From a virus, in IMG/VR virus record IMGVR_UViG_3300008262_000017, positions 1 through 64,000 of that record: a DNA stretch of 64,000 bases. One strand, given 5' to 3'. The notes under the pieces were generated by a model. It searched no databases. It was not told the DNA's origin and worked only from the letters and a program-made list of their open reading frames with translations. The position numbers were made by a program, and so were the translations under genes. This document shows positions 59,501 through 64,000 of this stretch, piece after piece; within the stretch, counting starts at the first letter, position 1, and every line of letters starts with the position of its first letter.

Positions 59501-60007
59501 TTTTCTTAATTCAGGAAGTGCAGAGTTAATAACACGAATAAACTGATCGTACCAGTCGCTGTTGGAGGGGTCGTTCCAACCAATAACTTGGCCTGTTAGA
59601 TTACGTCCGTTACTATCTAAAATATTTTCAGTAGTAGTAACTGTGTTAAATTTTAGTAGGCCGCTTGCAGGAATATTTCTTTTAACTTTGTAGCTTAATA
59701 ATCGAGCTAAACGTAGTACACTTTCACGACGTTCTGCTAAATCTAAGAAGTTTTCACGAGAATTTAAATCAACTCGAAATGCAAAACTTTGTCCTAAAAA
59801 GGCAATAAGATCAATAAGAGCCAAGTATTCGCTTGACTCAATATAATCGTTAAAATCTTCTGGATAGTTTTCTCTAATGTAGTTAATCATCACGCGGCGA
59901 AGGTTTTCAAAGTCGTAACTTTGAAAATCGGCGTTTTGAAAGCTCTGGTAAATTCTTTTCCAGTCTTCTGCTACTAGTAATCTATTTTGTCTATCGGTTG
60001 CTGACAT
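56519..60007 (-). CDS. Baseplate wedge subunit, T4 gp6-like
   Basis: DF..L...MI.Y....F.D...S....L.D..A, ENFL..A.RRESV..LA..L.Y, FSDG.FG, E....IK.RAP..Y.TQNR.IT.EDY. Confidence 0.85.
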   Translation of the reverse strand: MSATDRQNRLLVAEDWKRIYQSFQNADFQSYDFENLRRVMINYIRENYPEDFNDYIESSEYLALIDLIAFLGQSFAFRVDLNSRENFLDLAERRESVLRLARLLSYKVKRNIPASGLLKFNTVTTTENILDSNGRNLTGQVIGWNDPSNSDWYDQFIRVINSALPELRKFGNPDDKDFVLGIPTEQYRFQTLSTALPIFKFNKTIDGRSMDFEIVSTAFENGNAIVEEPPKIGNQLAFLYRDDGKGNGSGNTGFFLHFKQGTVAQGRFNITQPSTDETVDIDAVNINNSDIWLYRLDKNGAESEYWTQVPNFEGNNVIYNSLNKSIKNFYGVVTRTDDQASLIFSDGVFGNLPQGTFRVYYRVSNGLRYTVNPRDVRNVTIDIPYTSNLGQQERLTVSLSLQSSVTNSSPAEENASIKSRAPATYYTQNRMITAEDYNISPLSVNQEIVKIKAINRTSSGISRYFDLVDPTGKYSKTNLFADDGALYKETYQDSFRFKFRSRTEIEAVIYNQIFPLLSSKNLRNFYYNNFAKIPAELIGAYWYNRTIDTNQVTGYLQDVNNLILKVGTFSSTLLKYFTLGALVKFDAPTGYYFDKNKSNKITPLNGKLIEAIPNAATTLWTKVISVAGDGTNGGTGILITGAGPIVLNDIIPDPYNNVLTLAPKLTEIIPAWRDVLESTTIASMIDLIFGNKAFGLRYDIDSRTWKIITETNLNVIDNFNLGRQGDATNQNVDSSWLVLFTSDTEFYTVASRLERFIFESDKQVRFFFDSSDKVYDVRNNQTVKDKIKILNINSIPGSNYSFNFDKDWEITDQFVGLDGYVDTKKIQVTFNDTDDDGVVDDPTLFNQIVDPDNESIPVESRFVIQEKYEISQGQEDYRYVSNNGKVLFFNSELDINLNNYPNGQYFYFLDTKTVKLFNATTGLLHTSLDYKVSQGRDNLRFQYIHNADYESRIDPGLTNLIDLFVLTKQYDINFRQWLNGSLNIEPLPQSTDDLSNLLSIDLNKIKTVSDEIIYHPVKYKVLFGSKANTDVQATFKVIKNSEVVISDNDVKSKVLSAITEFFNLENWEFGDNFYFSELSAYVMKQLSPNIVNFVIVPKQNNLKFGSLFEIRLEKDQIFINGAGIDDIEIISAITATKINSAGAIDNTAQILNSQNVNSIRRS

Positions 60008-60035
60008 ATCTGCGTCCCATTATACAGATATTTAT
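60006..60035 (-). promoter_or_regulatory. Late-like promoter ATAAATA overlapping a hairpin (ATATCTG/CAGATAT) that covers the gp6 RBS and start
   Basis: TATTTAT at 60029-60035 on the plus strand; inverted repeat 60006-60012/60025-60031. Confidence 0.55.
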
Positions 60036-60056
60036 TGAAATTTATAATGTGAGTGT

Positions 60057-60503
60057 TTAATTGCTAACTAGGCCGTTAGCTTGGTCAAACTTAAATCTAA
60101 TAGATTCTTGTATGTTGTAGGGCAAATATGTTAACTTGCACTCTATTTGTAAACCGCTTTCATACTGTGTGATAACAACTGTATCAGAAGTAATTCTAGG
60201 ATCGTAATTAATAATGGCCTCAACGTCTTCAACAATAGCTTGTTTAGATTCTTCTGTTAAAGGTTCAAAAATATAGTCCCATATAATAGTGCCAAATAAG
60301 GGATTTTCAAGTCTTTCTCCTTGACGAACATGAAAATGATTTATAAGATCTTGTTTGATTAAAGCAAAATCATACAGACTAAAACTTTTACTATCGTTGC
60401 TAACTGTGCTAAAACCTTTATATGTTTTAGACATAGGAGCATTAGGTCTTCCGCTAGGACCTTTTAATACAATCTTATCGTATAATTTTTGGCTTGCTGT
60501 CAT
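60057..60503 (-). CDS. Baseplate wedge protein, gp25/GPW-like
   Basis: LIKQDLIN....GER...P.FGT.I....FEPL...I..YDPR. Confidence 0.88.
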   Translation of the reverse strand: MTASQKLYDKIVLKGPSGRPNAPMSKTYKGFSTVSNDSKSFSLYDFALIKQDLINHFHVRQGERLENPLFGTIIWDYIFEPLTEESKQAIVEDVEAIINYDPRITSDTVVITQYESGLQIECKLTYLPYNIQESIRFKFDQANGLVSN

Positions 60504-60517
60504 AATAATATTTAACC

Positions 60518-62317
60518 TTATTCGTCGGCGCCGCTTACCTTGGCAAACGTATCTGTAGCAGTAGAATATTTAGACCAAGCTGGCGCAGGTTCACTTAGTG
60601 TTTTTGTTTCTAAGTCTGAATATGCTCCGTCAGTTTGATTCACAGTATTAGTTCTACCGTCTAAATCTCTATCAAGTTTTTCTCGTTTAAACATTTTTGG
60701 ATCAAGATTCTCATGGTGAGGCCATGGCTCATGTGTAGGAACTCTACGCAATATAGAATCAATCTCAGGATTTCCTATTTCATTAGGAAGAATATTTACT
60801 TTGAGCTTTGGCGGTAAAACTGCCAACGCTGCTTCTGCAGGTGCTGCTGCACCGGCGGCACTTGCGGCGCCTGGCCCGTTCATATGAATAACTCCGGCGG
60901 ATTCAATATGACTTCCTCCAGATTTAATATTAGTAGACCCGCTTGCTGTAAAATTATTACTGCCCGTTGTTAATAAGTTAAAAGAGCCGCCTACTTTAAT
61001 TTTTGTTGTTCCATTTATAGACGAATCTAAACTGCCTTTTACTAAAGATTTTGAGCTACCGTTAGTTACAGAATCCGTACTGCCTTTTGTAAGAGTTTTA
61101 TAGTCGGCATCGTTTTGAATGTCAATGTTACCTACAACATGTTTTGTTAACTTTGCTCCTAGAGTTATGTTAACGTCTTGTTTAATGTGTAGATTTTGTC
61201 TGCCGTCTACTATTAAAACTTGATCTTTAGTCACTTCAGTTTGCATACTTCCGCCAACTTTAAGATTGAAGTTGCGTTTTGCTTCTAGATTAATATCTCT
61301 ATCAGCTAAAACATTAAAATCTGTTTTTGTATGCATAGTGATAGAGTCTTCAGTGTAGATGTCCATTTTTCCATCACTGGTTAATTCGATCCAAGCTGTT
61401 CCTCTAGCGTTTCCAATATAGATTAAATCTTCACTGTTATGCAATAATATTTGATGTCCTGTTCTAGTACGAATACGAATTAATTCGTTATGCGGTATTT
61501 CTTTTTGACCGTCAGTTTCGCCTTGTTCAACCGCAGCATATTCTGGAGGGCCGTCAGTTGCAGTTGTTTTGCGAATAAACTTATCGTCACCGTCGTCCAT
61601 TACAAAACTAGATCCGCCTAATCTGCTTACATACGCTTGATCAATAGGGCTTTCTTTTTTACCTATTTTTCCCCTTTTACCTTTTTTATCAATAGGACCA
61701 GGAGTGCTTATACCAAAAACTGCACTAGGAATTTCTCTACGAGCACTAGAAGTAGTAATGCCTCTGATATCATCTTGTAATAATCCTTGGGTATCTAGCG
61801 TGCCTTCAAACGGAGTTGCTGGTTTTTTAAATTTTGTTGGGTCTACGCTGCTGTCATTTTTAATTTTATTGTACTCAGCAACCGGCACTCTAGCTTTATC
61901 AGTTTCTTTACTTGTAGCAAAACTTGTTGCAGCATAGCCTGGCATCATAAAGTTCATATATTGATCTTGAGCACAACCTATCCAATATCCTTTTCTAGGA
62001 TCTCCGTCAATAAAAATAACAACAACAATGCCGCCAATATCGGGCGGTATCATCCACATTCCATAACTTTTTTGTGTATTGTTATAATCTTCATCACCTT
62101 CATCAATATGCCTAATACTAGTTTGTCCTGCAAACGGACTTAGATATTTTACTTGATGCAATTGACCTGTTGAGTCTGTGTCGTTGCCAGACTCGTGCAT
62201 TAGTTGCACTTCTAGAGTGCCCATGTATGTAGGATCTAAATGACTTACAATTTTTGCAAGGTACGGTCCTGGACTCGGAAGCGAGTAATTCGTGCCTTTT
62301 CTTTCTTCGATAGCCAT
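60518..62317 (-). CDS. Baseplate central spike, gp5/VgrG-like (no lysozyme domain seen)
   Basis: N-terminal OB-fold (DP..MG.L.V; PPDIG..V.V.F..GD....WIG), RTRTGHQI, beta-helix repeats. Confidence 0.8.
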   Translation of the reverse strand: MAIEERKGTNYSLPSPGPYLAKIVSHLDPTYMGTLEVQLMHESGNDTDSTGQLHQVKYLSPFAGQTSIRHIDEGDEDYNNTQKSYGMWMIPPDIGGIVVVIFIDGDPRKGYWIGCAQDQYMNFMMPGYAATSFATSKETDKARVPVAEYNKIKNDSSVDPTKFKKPATPFEGTLDTQGLLQDDIRGITTSSARREIPSAVFGISTPGPIDKKGKRGKIGKKESPIDQAYVSRLGGSSFVMDDGDDKFIRKTTATDGPPEYAAVEQGETDGQKEIPHNELIRIRTRTGHQILLHNSEDLIYIGNARGTAWIELTSDGKMDIYTEDSITMHTKTDFNVLADRDINLEAKRNFNLKVGGSMQTEVTKDQVLIVDGRQNLHIKQDVNITLGAKLTKHVVGNIDIQNDADYKTLTKGSTDSVTNGSSKSLVKGSLDSSINGTTKIKVGGSFNLLTTGSNNFTASGSTNIKSGGSHIESAGVIHMNGPGAASAAGAAAPAEAALAVLPPKLKVNILPNEIGNPEIDSILRRVPTHEPWPHHENLDPKMFKREKLDRDLDGRTNTVNQTDGAYSDLETKTLSEPAPAWSKYSTATDTFAKVSGADE

Positions 62318-62320
62318 TTA

Positions 62321-64000
62321 TTAGGCTCCTTTGCTGAATTCTTGGTTTAATGGCGATTCCGTTGCAATTGGACCGCCTTCTCTATTTGTAGATTCTTGGT
62401 TTCTTCTTCTTACAAGATTTAAAGTTTGAGAAAATTTTCCTTTAGAAAAATTATTCTCTAATGTAAGAACTTGATACAATCCGCTAAATGCTTTTAATAA
62501 TTCAGTACCTGATGGGAATTCGTATAGTCCATTAGGTTTTCCATTGTCAACTGGCACTCTAAAGTTTATAATGACATCAACTTCTCCGCTTTGGTAATCC
62601 ATAGAGCCATCTGAATTCATATTCATGTATTCTGTTTGTTTTGCAGAATAGTTTCCAAAACCGCTGTCTGCCAAATAATAAGGATCTCCGATAATTGTTA
62701 AATCAAGTTCTAATATATCTGACTGTGATGTTACTGCTTCCATAAACTGTCTAGCTGCACGAGATTTAAAATCTTCTAAAGCGCCGCCGCCTCGATTTGC
62801 TAAAGGAGTTTTTATTCCTGTAGCAAGAAGTTTATTAGGTAATTCTACTTTAGACAAATCTTCATTCTTTAAAACAAACTCTTTAGTTGCAGGAGCAGTA
62901 CCTACTGCTGTACTAGATTGAGCACCAATAGCAGCGTCGCCGCCAGTTAAATTTCTATCAGCACTCATAGCAGTATAAAAACCTGCTTTAAATTGTAAAT
63001 CAAAATCTAGTACATCAACGTTTTTGCCAGTATAGATATAGTTGTATTCTTTTAGTGCTTGACGTTTTAGATTAGTCTTACCTTTAAGACTAGTACCAGG
63101 CGCACTTAATTTAGATACGTGAACTTTGTAAGGTATAACCCTATATCGAATATTCTTAGGATATGTACCGGATGAGTTAACTTGATTATCTACTTGTATA
63201 ACCCTTGCTTCAATTCTCCACCAATCTACCATACCGTTTTCATCAACTGTTTCAAGTGCAGCACGACCATATTCACTCATTAAAATAACTTGGTTAATAA
63301 CGTTGATGATATCACTGCCTTGTGCAAACTTAAATTCTGTTTTCTGAGGATCAATAACTGATTTACTTCTTTTAAAAGTTCCACTAGCTGCATCGTACAC
63401 ACTGATTTCTTGACCAAAAGGTTGCATACCCATACGCTTAGTATCAAATCCCATACTGGCTAACGCAATTTTATTGAACCCGCCGTCTTGATCAGGAGAC
63501 TCGGGAAAATCTATTGAATATGTATCTGCGGCGTTGTCATCTCCTGACTTTTGAATAATTTCTGCTGCTCTAGCATTTAAAACATTTTCAAGCGTTTTGT
63601 TTGCATCAGGTCCTGCTGCTCCGCCTTTTAACATTTCTAAAACTGTTTTACCTACAATAGCTACATCAGTTTTAAGCTCTGCATGAACAGTTGTAAATGC
63701 TTTATCAGTCCAAGGATATGCTTCTATTTGATAAACTGAACCAGCTGCTGTAACTTTCATATCAAGCGTTTGAATACGCATTGGAATGTATTTTGTTGTG
63801 TTAGGAATTTTTATGTTTTGTTCATTAGGAGTCTTGTGTCCATAAAATTCAATTGTTAGTAACAAAGGAACTTCTGTGTAATTGGTGTTCCCATTTTCTA
63901 AAGCTGCAATCTGCAATACTTGGAAAAGCATTCCCATACTGTAAGGTTCAGTAACTTTAAAACTTATAGAAGTTGCATTTGTATTTCCGCCTGCGGCTTT
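62321..64000 (-). CDS. Putative baseplate hub (gp27-like) protein, truncated by window edge
   Basis: Frame is open to base 64000 (…SFKVTEPYSMG); C-terminal L.IIGDPYYL...SGLYQV....N.F..G.F.Q.L.L.R; adjacent to the gp5-like gene. Confidence 0.6.
   Translation of the reverse strand, partial: KAAGGNTNATSISFKVTEPYSMGMLFQVLQIAALENGNTNYTEVPLLLTIEFYGHKTPNEQNIKIPNTTKYIPMRIQTLDMKVTAAGSVYQIEAYPWTDKAFTTVHAELKTDVAIVGKTVLEMLKGGAAGPDANKTLENVLNARAAEIIQKSGDDNAADTYSIDFPESPDQDGGFNKIALASMGFDTKRMGMQPFGQEISVYDAASGTFKRSKSVIDPQKTEFKFAQGSDIINVINQVILMSEYGRAALETVDENGMVDWWRIEARVIQVDNQVNSSGTYPKNIRYRVIPYKVHVSKLSAPGTSLKGKTNLKRQALKEYNYIYTGKNVDVLDFDLQFKAGFYTAMSADRNLTGGDAAIGAQSSTAVGTAPATKEFVLKNEDLSKVELPNKLLATGIKTPLANRGGGALEDFKSRAARQFMEAVTSQSDILELDLTIIGDPYYLADSGFGNYSAKQTEYMNMNSDGSMDYQSGEVDVIINFRVPVDNGKPNGLYEFPSGTELLKAFSGLYQVLTLENNFSKGKFSQTLNLVRRRNQESTNREGGPIATESPLNQEFSKGA

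Noticed and set aside
20-62143. Many 60-135 aa ORFs nested in or antisense to long genes (e.g. 20..223, 3667..3945, 40849..41253, 57849..58235)
   Set aside because: They lie within well-supported CDSs and have shadow-like composition and no motifs.
1-64000. Stop-codon reassignment, tRNAs, introns/inteins, homing endonucleases
   Set aside because: Coding density is near-complete under the standard code, intergenic gaps are short with no cloverleaf seen, and folE, queE, rnh and thyX are uninterrupted. This was checked by eye only.

Overview
This window is a 64-kb fragment of a large, AT-rich, T4-superfamily-like (jumbo/huge) myophage genome read with the standard genetic code. I saw no rRNA, tRNA, CRISPR array or transposase. 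There are three blocks. (1) The + strand arm, 1-14.5 kb, carries a GT-B glycosyltransferase, a cupin, a short UDP-sugar dehydrogenase, the 7-deazaguanine genes folE and queE, a T4-type RNase H/5'-3' exonuclease, a MoxR AAA+ / HEXXH-vWA pair under near-perfect sigma70 promoters, thyX and many small hypotheticals. (2) A - strand enzyme island, 14.5-34.2 kb, has about 19 genes: three N-terminal-Twitch radical SAM paralogs, three '(T/S)EK-x-x-KPI' putative glycosyltransferases, two SGNH-like proteins, four GT-A-like units (one repeat-expanded and split by an apparent frameshift), an Arg-dependent amidinotransferase, a nucleotide-sugar dehydrogenase, an NAD epimerase and a 2OG-Fe(II) oxygenase. (3) A - strand baseplate/tail module, 34.2-64 kb, has three fibre paralogs, a 4588-aa wedge-like giant, and gp6-, gp25-, gp5- and hub-like genes. 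The best candidate for an undescribed system is the enzyme island directly downstream of the tail genes, possibly a virion- or DNA-decoration pathway with amidino/radical-SAM sugar chemistry. A second candidate is a recurring architecture in which a promoter sits inside an RBS-occluding hairpin. All functional calls come from motif recognition by eye; no searches were run.
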